A stretch of 64,000 bases of DNA from a virus, in the IMG/VR virus record IMGVR_UViG_3300008012_000023, positions 28,982 to 92,981 of that record. One strand, 5' to 3'. Under the pieces are notes generated by a model. It saw only the letters and a list, made by a program, of their open reading frames with translations. It was not told the origin of the DNA and made no database searches. Position numbers and translations under genes: made by a program. This document shows positions 40,376 to 49,441 of the stretch, in pieces. How positions within the stretch are numbered: the first letter of the stretch is position 1; each line of letters opens with the position of its first letter.

Positions 40376-42112
40376 ATGGCTTGGAAAAAATATTTTAAAG
40401 ATGCTAATATGTCGCCCATAGCAGGTGACAGAAATCCCCAGTTCGCTAAAAGAAACTACAGTTCCTATCTACCGGACGTGTACACAGGACACCCTAACAG
40501 AATACAGAGGTATTTCCAGTACGACCAAATGGACACTGACTCAGAAGTAAATGCCGCTCTTGATATTTTGGCAGAATTCTGCACACAAACCAATCAAGAA
40601 AACGAAACACCATTTGACATCGTTTTCAAAGATGATGTTGTTGAATCGGAAGTCAAACTGTTGAAGAAAGCGTTACAGCAATGGACAAAAACAAATCACT
40701 TTCAGAAAAGAGCATTTAGAATTTTTAGAAATGTTTTGAAATACGGAGACTGTTTCTTTGTCAGAGATCCGGAAACAAACAAGTGGTTGTACATCGATGC
40801 CGCCAAGGTAGACAGAATTATTGTAAATGAATCAGACGGCAAAAAACCGGAACAATATATTGTAAGAGACATAAATCCAAACCTCGAAAGATTGAGTGCC
40901 ACACAGGTTACACCAAACCAGGTGTATGGTGGTACAGGCACAACATCCGGTCCTTATCACGCAAACTATTCGTCGGCTGGATACGGATACAACATCAATT
41001 CGGGTGCCGGCGCCGCCGGCGGACAAGGTGGAAGATTCTATCGTACCATGAATCAGTATGCGATCAACGCCGAACACGTGGTTCACATGAGTATGTCAGA
41101 TGGTCTAGACAACTTGTTTCCGTTTGGACAATCCATACTAGAACAGATTTTCAAAGTTTACAAACAAAAAGAATTATTGGAAGATGCCATAATCATCTAC
41201 AGGGTACAGAGAGCGCCAGAAAGAAGAGTGTTTTATATTGATGTGGGTAATATGCCAACACACTTGGCAATGCAATTCGTCGAGAGAGTGAAAAACGAAA
41301 TCAACCAAAGAAGAATTCCTTCAACATCGGGTGGTGTAAACTACGTGGACGCCACATATAACCCAATGAGTATCAACGAGGATTACTTCTTTCCACAAAC
41401 AGCAGAAGGTAGAGGATCTAAAGTTGACACACTGCCAGGCGGTACTAATCTAGGTGAGATTGATGACTTAAAATTTTTTACAAACAAACTTTTCAGAGGT
41501 TTAAGGATTCCGAGTTCTTACCTGCCCACTGGACCAGACGATTCGCAACAATCATTCAATGATGGAAGAGTAGGAACAGCATACATCCAAGAATTGAGAT
41601 TTAACAAATATTGCCAAAGATTACAGTCAATGGTAGCACCCATATTTGACGAAGAGTTTAAATTATGGATCAAAGCAAAAGGTTACACATTGGATAACTC
41701 TATGTTTGAAATCAAAATGAATCCGCCACAAAACTTCGCACAATACAGGCAGACAGAAATGGACCAGGCCAGAGTCCAGACATTCACTCAAGTGGCAGAA
41801 CTGCCATATATGAGTAAAAGATTTGCTCTAAAACGTTTCTTGGGATTATCTGAAGAGGAAATGGCAAGAAATGCGGAACTATGGGCACAAGAAAACAATG
41901 TGGCACAGAAACAACAGACAAAATCAACACAGATGAGATCGGCAGGAGTGAGTCAGTCGAACATTTCATCCGATCTAGATCAATTTGAAGAGCCTACAGC
42001 AGACGCCGAGGCACCCGAACCAGGTGGACCGGGAGCAACCCCCGGAGCGGCAGGACCGACCGGTAACACAGGCACACCAGGAACAACCCCCGGTGGCGGA
42101 GGCACAACGTAA
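40376..42112 (+). CDS. Portal protein, T4 gp20-like
   Basis: LLEDAIIIYRVQRAPERRVFYIDVGNMP, EDYFFP..EGRGSKVDTLPGG.NLGEIDDLKFF, ELRFNKYCQRLQ. Confidence 0.95.
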   Translation: MAWKKYFKDANMSPIAGDRNPQFAKRNYSSYLPDVYTGHPNRIQRYFQYDQMDTDSEVNAALDILAEFCTQTNQENETPFDIVFKDDVVESEVKLLKKALQQWTKTNHFQKRAFRIFRNVLKYGDCFFVRDPETNKWLYIDAAKVDRIIVNESDGKKPEQYIVRDINPNLERLSATQVTPNQVYGGTGTTSGPYHANYSSAGYGYNINSGAGAAGGQGGRFYRTMNQYAINAEHVVHMSMSDGLDNLFPFGQSILEQIFKVYKQKELLEDAIIIYRVQRAPERRVFYIDVGNMPTHLAMQFVERVKNEINQRRIPSTSGGVNYVDATYNPMSINEDYFFPQTAEGRGSKVDTLPGGTNLGEIDDLKFFTNKLFRGLRIPSSYLPTGPDDSQQSFNDGRVGTAYIQELRFNKYCQRLQSMVAPIFDEEFKLWIKAKGYTLDNSMFEIKMNPPQNFAQYRQTEMDQARVQTFTQVAELPYMSKRFALKRFLGLSEEEMARNAELWAQENNVAQKQQTKSTQMRSAGVSQSNISSDLDQFEEPTADAEAPEPGGPGATPGAAGPTGNTGTPGTTPGGGGTT

Positions 42113-42123
42113 TAAATATTGTT

Positions 42124-42366
42124 ATGAAACTAAATGAAATGTTTGGATATGGTGAATCGGGTTTTGAACAACAGAAAAATTACGACGCTGACCAAGATAT
42201 TTCCATACTAGACTCAGAAGACACTAGAAAAACAAGGCTAACACTCAAAGACATCAACAAAATGAGATTGGCCTCGGAGCATCACGACCAAGAACAAAAG
42301 GCAGAATCCGAATTTGTTCAAAAGATGTATGCTCAACCACAGGCAGAAGATAATATATCTCTGTAA
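42124..42366 (+). CDS. Small head-module protein (80 aa)
   Basis: DTRKTRLTLKDINKMR...VQKMY; directly follows portal; TAAATA 5 nt upstream. Confidence 0.7.
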   Translation: MKLNEMFGYGESGFEQQKNYDADQDISILDSEDTRKTRLTLKDINKMRLASEHHDQEQKAESEFVQKMYAQPQAEDNISL

Positions 42367-42989
42367 TGACCACAGCATTTGTACTAGGAAACGGCGAATC
42401 CCGTAAAGGCATACTCATAAACGACCTTAAGCAACACGGCAAGGTGTTCGCCTGTAACGGTGTCTACAGAACAGAGACGCCTGATTTCCTTATAGCAGTT
42501 GACCCAAAAATGATATTTGAAATTTTTGAATCAGATTATGCTGTCAAAAACCCAGTTTGGTCCAATTACAATCATCAATATGACAAAAATCCTAAAATAC
42601 TGGACCACTGCAACTGGTTTCAGCCGTCTTTGGGATGGTCCAGCGGCCCCACAGCACTTAGGTTTGCGGCGGAACAAGGGTTTGACAATATATATGTGTT
42701 AGGTTTCGACTATCAAGGACACATTAATAATAGTAAAAACAAAAATTATATGTTCAACAATGTGTTCAAAGACACACGAAATTACAAAAAATCCGTAGAC
42801 ACAGCGACTTTTTACGGCAACTGGATGAACCAAACCAAACGGGTGCTACAGGATTTTCCTAAAATAAATTTCCATAGAGTTGTTCCTAACAATGGCTTCA
42901 AACCCCATGATTTGGAATTCAATCAGAACTTTAAGCACGTACATATCGAAGAATTTCTCAAGATATATAACTTACAGATAAAAATCTAG
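42366..42989 (+). CDS. MptE/Maf-like (glycosyltransferase-related) protein
   Basis: AFVLGNGESR...FACN..YR...PDFLIAVD...WSSGPTAL...IYVLGFDY. Confidence 0.65.
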   Translation: MTTAFVLGNGESRKGILINDLKQHGKVFACNGVYRTETPDFLIAVDPKMIFEIFESDYAVKNPVWSNYNHQYDKNPKILDHCNWFQPSLGWSSGPTALRFAAEQGFDNIYVLGFDYQGHINNSKNKNYMFNNVFKDTRNYKKSVDTATFYGNWMNQTKRVLQDFPKINFHRVVPNNGFKPHDLEFNQNFKHVHIEEFLKIYNLQIKI

Positions 42990-43086
42990 AAAAAATAACC
43001 TTTTTTGGCCGCTTTTTGCCACCATTTTCGCAAGGTCATAGTAAATACCTACACTTTAAAGTACAAATCTAAAAGGAGCACGTGCA

Positions 43087-44046
43087 ATGTCAAATAAATT
43101 TGAACAATTATTAGAATTGCTAATCAATGAAGAAAACGAAAAAGCGGAATCTTTATTCCACGAAATCGTTGTAGAGAAGTCAAGAGACATCTACGAAGGG
43201 TTAGCAGAAACAGACGAGACTAAAGCAGAAGAAAAAGTAGAAGAAACTACAGAAGAAAAAGTAGAAGAAACTACAAAAGATGAGAAAGTTGAAGAAACTT
43301 CAGAAGAAAAAGTAGAAGAAACTTCAGAAGAGATCAAAGAAGAACAAGTCGGTGAAGAAGTTGAAATCGAAGACGAAGCAACTGAATCTGAAACTACAGA
43401 AGAAGAGTCAATCGAAGAAGTTGGTGGCGACGCTACTGATGAATTAGTGAAAGACATTTCGGCTGAAGAAGAAGGTGAAGCAGAACAGGCCGCTGACGAC
43501 ATGGGTGACGAAATGGATGCCGATGCTGAAGCAGGCGATGATGCTGAAGACACTGAAGAAAGAGTTTCTGACTTAGAAGACGCTTTAGACGAACTAAAAG
43601 CAGAATTCGAAAAAATGATGGCTGGCGACAATGACAAACCAGAAATGGAACCAGAAATGGAACCAGAAATGGACAAAGAAGAATCATTGGAACCGGTTGC
43701 TGACCAAACACAGCCAATGGAAGCGAAACACGACGACAAGAAAAAAGAAAAAATGGATGAATACAAAATCCAAAAGTCGGCGGATAACGCAGACCATTCA
43801 GACAAAGGCGCAAAATCACCAGTTAACTCATCTGTTAAATCAGCAGGTGGTACTACTGCCAACATAGCAAAAGGCGGAGCAGAAGACAAAGGAAGACCGG
43901 CTCCAACTGCTCAAAAAATGGCAGGTGACTTTGAAAACACAGGCGGAAAAGACAAATCTACTTCTTTCAAGAAGCAAGAGAAGGCTAACACTGCCGATGG
44001 TTCAGACAAATCAGCAAAATCTCCAATTAACGCAAAAGCGAACTAA
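43087..44046 (+). CDS. Acidic prohead core/internal protein
   Basis: Very Glu-rich; EERVSDLEDALDELKAEFEKMM coil; lies just before the protease; SD AAGGAG. Confidence 0.7.
   Translation: MSNKFEQLLELLINEENEKAESLFHEIVVEKSRDIYEGLAETDETKAEEKVEETTEEKVEETTKDEKVEETSEEKVEETSEEIKEEQVGEEVEIEDEATESETTEEESIEEVGGDATDELVKDISAEEEGEAEQAADDMGDEMDADAEAGDDAEDTEERVSDLEDALDELKAEFEKMMAGDNDKPEMEPEMEPEMDKEESLEPVADQTQPMEAKHDDKKKEKMDEYKIQKSADNADHSDKGAKSPVNSSVKSAGGTTANIAKGGAEDKGRPAPTAQKMAGDFENTGGKDKSTSFKKQEKANTADGSDKSAKSPINAKAN
43226..43330 (+). repeat. Coding tandem repeat (~24-nt unit, EEKVEETx, about 4 copies)
   Basis: CAGAAGAAAAAGTAGAAGAAACT repeated; a second microrepeat CCAGAAATGGA x3 lies near 43639-43673. Confidence 0.85.
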
Positions 44047-44070
44047 TTGAGATTTTAGGAGAAGGTCGGG

Positions 44071-44700
44071 ATGTCATTATATCTTAGAGAACACTTAACC
44101 TTTGATCAGGCTAGAGTACAGGTTTTGCACGAGGGAAAAGACGGCAAGGATTTGTACATGAAGGGGATCTGTATTCAAGGCGGCATCAAAAATGCCAATC
44201 AAAGAGTTTATCCTGTTAATGAAATTCAAAAAGCAGTGAAAACACTCAATGATCAGATCAGTTCTGGTTACAGCGTACTAGGTGAAGTGGATCATCCAGA
44301 CGATTTAAAAATTAATTTGGACCGTGTGTCTCATATGATTACTGAGATGTGGATGGACGGTCCAAATGGATACGGCAAGATGAAAATCCTGCCAACACCG
44401 ATGGGTCAACTTGTCAAGACTATGTTGGAATCAGGTGTGAAACTGGGCGTATCGTCAAGAGGAAGTGGCAACATTTCCGAATACGGTGGCGGCGAAGTTT
44501 CAGACTTTGAAATCATCACAGTCGATGTTGTGGCCCAACCTTCGGCACCAGGTGCTTACCCTACGCCAATTTACGAACACCTAATGAATACAAGAGGTGG
44601 AATCGTGGCCAAGGGTCTGGCGGCAGAAGTTGCAAATGACAAAAAAGCACAAAAATACCTCAAAGAGGCACTAACCAACATAATAAAGGACTTGAAATAA
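44071..44700 (+). CDS. Prohead protease, T4 gp21-like
   Basis: KNANQRVYP, LGEVDHP, NLDRVSH, LGVSSRGSG, DVVAQPSAPGAY. Confidence 0.95.
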   Translation: MSLYLREHLTFDQARVQVLHEGKDGKDLYMKGICIQGGIKNANQRVYPVNEIQKAVKTLNDQISSGYSVLGEVDHPDDLKINLDRVSHMITEMWMDGPNGYGKMKILPTPMGQLVKTMLESGVKLGVSSRGSGNISEYGGGEVSDFEIITVDVVAQPSAPGAYPTPIYEHLMNTRGGIVAKGLAAEVANDKKAQKYLKEALTNIIKDLK

Positions 44701-44701
44701 A

Positions 44702-45790
44702 ATGTTCGATGCTATAACAAAACTAGTTGAGTCAGGCGTTATCGGAGAAGATACTAAAAAGTCAATCGAAGAAGCGTGGGATTCAAAAATAAAGGAAAAC
44801 AGAGAGCAAGTGACTGCTGAACTGAGAGAAGAGTTTGCCAAAAGATACGAGCACGACAAATCAAACATGATCGAAGCAATTGACAAGATGATGACTGATA
44901 AGTTGAGCGAAGAAATCAGCAAATTCGTTGAAGACAGAAAACAACTTGCTGTTGAAAAAACGAACTACAAGAACAAAATGGGCGACCATTCTAAAAAAAT
45001 GGAAGCATTTGTACTTGATAGATTGACAAACGAAGTTAAAGAACTACACAGCGACAGAAAAACTGTTGGTGAGAATTTTGCTAAATTGGAAGAGTTTGTT
45101 GTAAACGCTCTTGCCAAAGAAATCAAAGAATTCTCAGAAGACAAAAAAGGTGTAGTTGAGACTAAAGTTAAGTTAGTGAAAGAAGCCAAAGCACAATTGG
45201 CAAAATTAAAAGAATCTTTCATTAAGAAATCAGCCAAAGTGGTAGAGAATGCTGTTACTAAAAAGTTAGGTGAAGAAATCAGCCAACTTCAAGAAGACAT
45301 CACATCTGCTAGAGAAATCAACTTTGGTAAGAGAATTTTCGAGGCGTTCGCTTCTGAGTATCAGGCTTCTTACTTAAATGAGAAATCTGAGACTGCGAAG
45401 TTAATGAAAGTTGTGGATGAAACCACTCTTAAGTTAAAAGACGCCGAGAAATCCATCGAAGAGGCAAAAACGGTGATTGAATCTAAAGAGAGAGAAATTT
45501 CTCAACAAAAAGATTTGATGGAACGTAAGGCGACGATGGCTGAGATGCTCAAACCTTTGAGCAAAGACAAGGCAGAAGTTATGAGTCAGTTGTTAGAGTC
45601 AACTCAAACTGACAAATTAAAATCTGCTTACGACAAGTATCTTCCTGCTGTGATGGAGGACGCACCAGTAGCCAAAGCAAAGAGAATTATTTCTGAAGCG
45701 TCAGGCGACAAAACAGGTGCTCCAAGATCCCAAAGAGGAGATGCTGAAATGATAGAGTTCCGTAAATTAGCGGGTCTCTCAACAAACTAA
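44702..45790 (+). CDS. Prohead scaffold protein, gp22-like
   Basis: Long Glu/Lys-rich coiled coil between the protease and MCP genes. Confidence 0.85.
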   Translation: MFDAITKLVESGVIGEDTKKSIEEAWDSKIKENREQVTAELREEFAKRYEHDKSNMIEAIDKMMTDKLSEEISKFVEDRKQLAVEKTNYKNKMGDHSKKMEAFVLDRLTNEVKELHSDRKTVGENFAKLEEFVVNALAKEIKEFSEDKKGVVETKVKLVKEAKAQLAKLKESFIKKSAKVVENAVTKKLGEEISQLQEDITSAREINFGKRIFEAFASEYQASYLNEKSETAKLMKVVDETTLKLKDAEKSIEEAKTVIESKEREISQQKDLMERKATMAEMLKPLSKDKAEVMSQLLESTQTDKLKSAYDKYLPAVMEDAPVAKAKRIISEASGDKTGAPRSQRGDAEMIEFRKLAGLSTN

Positions 45791-45809
45791 ACTAAAGGGG
45801 AAACGAATA

Positions 45810-46982
45810 ATGTCAGAACTATTCGAATCAAAATGGGGCGAAACTAAAGCCGCATTAACAGAAGGTTTAGAAGGCAACAAGAAAAAGACTATGGATGTAG
45901 TCTTAGAGAACACTAAGAAGTACTTGGCTGAGCAGGCAACTGCTGGTGCCACTTCTGCAGGTAACGTTGCTACTCTAAACAGGGTTATCCTACCAGTAAT
46001 CAGAAGGGTTATGCCAACTGTGATCGCTAACGAGATCGTAGGTGTACAACCAATGTCTGGTCCTGTAGGACAAATCCACACATTAAGAATAAGATATGCA
46101 GACACAGTTGCTTCAAACACAACTGCTGGTGAAGAAGCATTATCTCCGTTCAAAATTGCGAAAGCATACTCTGGTAACCAGAACAACACAACTCCTAAAG
46201 CGGCTTCTACAGCATCTTTAGAAGGTACTCCTGGTAAGAGATTATCGATCCAAATCTTGAAACAACCGGTTGAAGCGAAATCTAGAAAATTAAGTGCTAG
46301 ATGGACTTTCGAAGCGGCTCAAGATGCTCAAGCACAGCAAGGTATCGATGTAGAAGCAGAAATCATGGCGGCATTAGCTCAAGAGATCACTGCTGAGATC
46401 GACCAAGAGATCATTGGTTCATTAAGAACATTAGCCGGTTCGGCTTCTGAGACTTTTGACCAATCTGCTGTATCTGGTACAGCAACATTCGTTGGTGACG
46501 AACACGCGGCATTGGCTGTGTTAATCAACAGAGATGCAAACAAAATCGCAACAAGAAAAAGAAGAGGCGCTGGAAACTACGCTGTAGTATCTCCAACTGC
46601 TTTAACTATTCTTCAATCTGCTACAACTTCAGCATTTGCTAGATCAACTGAAGGTACTTTCGAAGCACCTACTAACACAAAATTTGTTGGTACGTTAAAC
46701 GCTTCTATGAGAGTATACGTTGACGCATATGCTTCAGACAACACAAGCATACTAGTTGGTTACAAAGGTGCTAGTGAGGCAGACGCTCCGGCGTTCTACT
46801 GCCCTTACATTCCTTTAATGTCATCAGGCGTTGTGTTAGATCCATCTACTTTCGAACCAGTAGTAGGCTTCTTAACAAGATACGGATACGTAGAGTTAAC
46901 AAACACTGCGTCTTCACTTGGTAACGCGGCTGACTACGTTGGATTAGTAGGTGTTAACAGCACAAACTTAAAATTCAAGTAA
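45810..46982 (+). CDS. Major capsid protein, T4 gp23-like
   Basis: VGVQPMSGPVGQI, VEAKSRKLSARWTFEAAQD, EIDQEII, RRGAGN, FYCPYIPL, FLTRYG. Confidence 0.95.
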   Translation: MSELFESKWGETKAALTEGLEGNKKKTMDVVLENTKKYLAEQATAGATSAGNVATLNRVILPVIRRVMPTVIANEIVGVQPMSGPVGQIHTLRIRYADTVASNTTAGEEALSPFKIAKAYSGNQNNTTPKAASTASLEGTPGKRLSIQILKQPVEAKSRKLSARWTFEAAQDAQAQQGIDVEAEIMAALAQEITAEIDQEIIGSLRTLAGSASETFDQSAVSGTATFVGDEHAALAVLINRDANKIATRKRRGAGNYAVVSPTALTILQSATTSAFARSTEGTFEAPTNTKFVGTLNASMRVYVDAYASDNTSILVGYKGASEADAPAFYCPYIPLMSSGVVLDPSTFEPVVGFLTRYGYVELTNTASSLGNAADYVGLVGVNSTNLKFK

Positions 46983-47001
46983 TCATTACTTCAATTTTCA
47001 G

Positions 47002-47030
47002 AAAGGGCGGCTTCGGTCGCCCTTTTTTTT
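47002..47030 (+). terminator. Rho-independent terminator after MCP
   Basis: AAAGGGCGGC-TTCG-GTCGCCCTTT followed by a T-run; cUUCGg loop. Confidence 0.9.
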
Positions 47031-47057
47031 GACTTCTTTTCCGCTATAATATAAAAT
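47029..47057 (+). promoter_or_regulatory. Sigma70-type promoter for the sulfotransferase
   Basis: TTGACT, 17-nt spacer, TAAAAT; the -35 overlaps the terminator T-run; ATG lies 6 nt after the -10 box. Confidence 0.6.
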
Positions 47058-47063
47058 AGCAGT

Positions 47064-47777
47064 ATGGAATACTGTTTTCATCACATACCAAAGACGGCCG
47101 GATCTTCACTGCAACTTAGATTGGCACACAGAGAACACGCAGGTCAACTGCCAAAAGGAAGCACCATGGTAGTGTATCCTCTATTCGGCGACATGAGATT
47201 TTACAGGGTGTCTGAGGATTCCGGATTTGATCCCAACCAACCGATCAAAGAGGCATTTTTAAGAACACACAAACAGCCAAGGACAGAAGGCAATGCCTCT
47301 ATCGTGTGTGGACATTACACCACATCCGCCCAGCCGGGAACCCACTACACTTGGTTAAGAGAACCACTGGCGAGAGACATCAGTCATTTCAACTATGACT
47401 GCAATTACGGTCACGAACTTTCAAAAGATTTCACTGAACACCTGAGCCAGATGGCAGGAAATTTCATGGTGCTTTGGTTATGGGGCAAATACATGAGCAA
47501 TGACGTCAATGCCCCCATCCAAGAAAAATATGAGGGCGTGAGACAATGCCTGAAAACAAAATTCGCCAAGGTTTTTGATTCAGATAGGTTTGAAGAATCC
47601 TGGACTGAATTGTCTGCCATACTGAAAGTGGACACAGAACCAAGACTCAATTCCAACGAAGGAGGATCTAGTTATAAAAAAGTCATAACAAAAAAAGATC
47701 TTGATGAAAAATTTATCTCATGGCACAAGTCATACAATCAATATGATTATCTGTTGTATAAAGAATTTTGTTTGTAG
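47064..47777 (+). CDS. Sulfotransferase family protein
   Basis: 5'-PSB motif FHHIPKTAGSSL and 3'-PB motif LREPLARDISHFNY. Confidence 0.8.
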   Translation: MEYCFHHIPKTAGSSLQLRLAHREHAGQLPKGSTMVVYPLFGDMRFYRVSEDSGFDPNQPIKEAFLRTHKQPRTEGNASIVCGHYTTSAQPGTHYTWLREPLARDISHFNYDCNYGHELSKDFTEHLSQMAGNFMVLWLWGKYMSNDVNAPIQEKYEGVRQCLKTKFAKVFDSDRFEESWTELSAILKVDTEPRLNSNEGGSSYKKVITKKDLDEKFISWHKSYNQYDYLLYKEFCL

Positions 47778-47895
47778 TTAATGGCATTTTTTTCTTGGTC
47801 ATACGAAGCACAAACAATTTAATATGTTTTAATCAATAAAAAACTGTTCTAAATATTTTACCGATTCAACAAGAATCGTACAAGGGAGGTCCAAT

Positions 47896-48129
47896 ATGGA
47901 TATCATGATGAAAGTAAAAGGATGGGCCAAGGCCATCGCCGACGTGGGAGTTAGTCTTATCGCGTTGGGGATCGTATTAGAGATCCTTTTCAAAGGTCAA
48001 GGTGTTCCGTTCTGGCCAAATATTTCTGTAATAGGAAATATCCAGGGCGTTGTGCAAGGTTTCTCAGATCAAGGTCTGTTGGGACTTGTAGCAATTTGGA
48101 TTTTATATCATATCTACAACAGGAAATAA
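47896..48129 (+). CDS. Small two-helix membrane protein
   Basis: 77 aa; two hydrophobic segments and a basic C-terminus; SD GGAGG. Confidence 0.75.
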   Translation: MDIMMKVKGWAKAIADVGVSLIALGIVLEILFKGQGVPFWPNISVIGNIQGVVQGFSDQGLLGLVAIWILYHIYNRK

Positions 48130-48208
48130 TATAAAAATCTAAAAGCACATATCCGCGGAGGGCGGTTGAATAATTTTTTCTATCGCTCTCCGTTGTTTAA
48201 ATATCTTT

Positions 48209-48853
48209 GTGAAATATCTCTTGTCATCAGGATGCAGTTTTAGTATTCCCAGACCTCATTTGGGTATCCATACCTGTGTAGGAAAGGAAATTGCCAATTA
48301 CAAGCAACTGCAACATTTAAACATAGCAGAACCCAGTTCCGGTAACACTAGGATAATCGCCAATACAAAAATTTTTTATGAAAAGTATCCAGAACGCAAA
48401 AAAGATACGTTCGCCCTTGTACAATTTAGTTACGGTGGTAGACTCGACTATATCAAGAAATCAGACAACAACAATCTGAAAATGAATACCGTCAACATTG
48501 TACGAGAACATCTATCCACTTCCAAGATTTTTACAGATGCTGACCTTGTGGAATGGACGGCATTCAACTTTTATAACTCTGTGTTGGATATGCAGAACTA
48601 CCTAAAACAGAATGACATACCTTATTATTTTTACAACGGAATGCAGAGTGTTGTTAGAAAACCTAAATCCTATCTTAATAACATAATTGATGCGATAGAC
48701 CAAAATTATTTTTTCAATTTACATGATCAAGACACTGTGCATTACAAATGGTGTGAAGATCGTGACTTCCTAATACCCAACGACCTGCATCCCAACAATG
48801 ATGGCGTACAACAGTATGCCAAATTACTCCAGGATAAAATCAAACACATATAG
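48209..48853 (+). CDS. SGNH-hydrolase-like protein
   Basis: GCSFS, N.AEPSSGNTRI, DLHPN.DG; GTG start 5 nt after TAAATA. Confidence 0.6.
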   Translation: MKYLLSSGCSFSIPRPHLGIHTCVGKEIANYKQLQHLNIAEPSSGNTRIIANTKIFYEKYPERKKDTFALVQFSYGGRLDYIKKSDNNNLKMNTVNIVREHLSTSKIFTDADLVEWTAFNFYNSVLDMQNYLKQNDIPYYFYNGMQSVVRKPKSYLNNIIDAIDQNYFFNLHDQDTVHYKWCEDRDFLIPNDLHPNNDGVQQYAKLLQDKIKHI

Positions 48854-48963
48854 TATAAATACCAACAGTTCAAACGTGCTTCGACACAGTGTCGGAGACT
48901 TATGCGGAAACAAACCGCGTACCCAGGAGAACTGGGATTGGACTCCTAAGAAGGAGAAAACAA
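48854..48963 (+). promoter_or_regulatory. Late promoter TATAAATA plus multi-hairpin 5' leader sequestering the SD
   Basis: TATAAATA 48854-61; hairpins at 48879-97, 48901-21, 48922-36 and 48943-56 (CTCCT/AGGAG). Confidence 0.65.
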
Positions 48964-49377
48964 ATGGGAAGACCGATCAAAAAATCAAGAATGTTATCTG
49001 ATTTCAATCCAGGATCAACTGCAACACTGGCTGTAACAACTTACAGAACTGGTGATTCAAACGTGACTGGTACAGGTTCATACATCGTGTCTCAGAGAAG
49101 TTCAAGAAGTTTCAAAATTCACTTGAACGATTCTTCTGAAACAGTAATGAAACTGGTTGCCAAAGCAACACTTACAGATAACGACACATTCAACGTTAAA
49201 GTCATACTTGACGACTCGACTGTGGCATACGTGGAGAAGTTCTACAACGGCACTATTCACTATGTTCAGTCAGACGGTACGACTACAGGAACGGTACCTT
49301 ACACGCTACAAACATCTGAGTCCGCGGACGAAGGTCAAGTTAGTAACAAAGGAAACATTGACATTAGAACTCACTAA
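48964..49377 (+). CDS. Probable virion structural protein (MGRPIKK..., 137 aa)
   Basis: ATG 48964 follows AAGGAG; the ORF-track start at 48889 lies inside the structured leader. Confidence 0.7.
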   Translation: MGRPIKKSRMLSDFNPGSTATLAVTTYRTGDSNVTGTGSYIVSQRSSRSFKIHLNDSSETVMKLVAKATLTDNDTFNVKVILDDSTVAYVEKFYNGTIHYVQSDGTTTGTVPYTLQTSESADEGQVSNKGNIDIRTH

Positions 49378-49396
49378 TAGTCAAGACACGTGCTTT

Positions 49397-49422
49397 ATGG
49401 GGGAGATTTTGCACTCCCCCAT
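49397..49422 (+). terminator. Intergenic hairpin (possible terminator or processing site)
   Basis: ATGGGGGAG/CTCCCCCAT 9-bp stem with a weak U-tail, followed by TAAATA 49430-35. Confidence 0.5.
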
Positions 49423-49441
49423 TTCCACATAAATAACACAA

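Noticed and set aside
43226-43330. Possible CRISPR-like repeat
   Set aside because: In-frame coding tandem repeats with no unique spacers.
46520-46570. Slightly unusual residues in the MCP (NRDANKIATRKRRG)
   Set aside because: Could be ordinary divergence or a sequencing variant; the frame is intact and this cannot be judged without an alignment.
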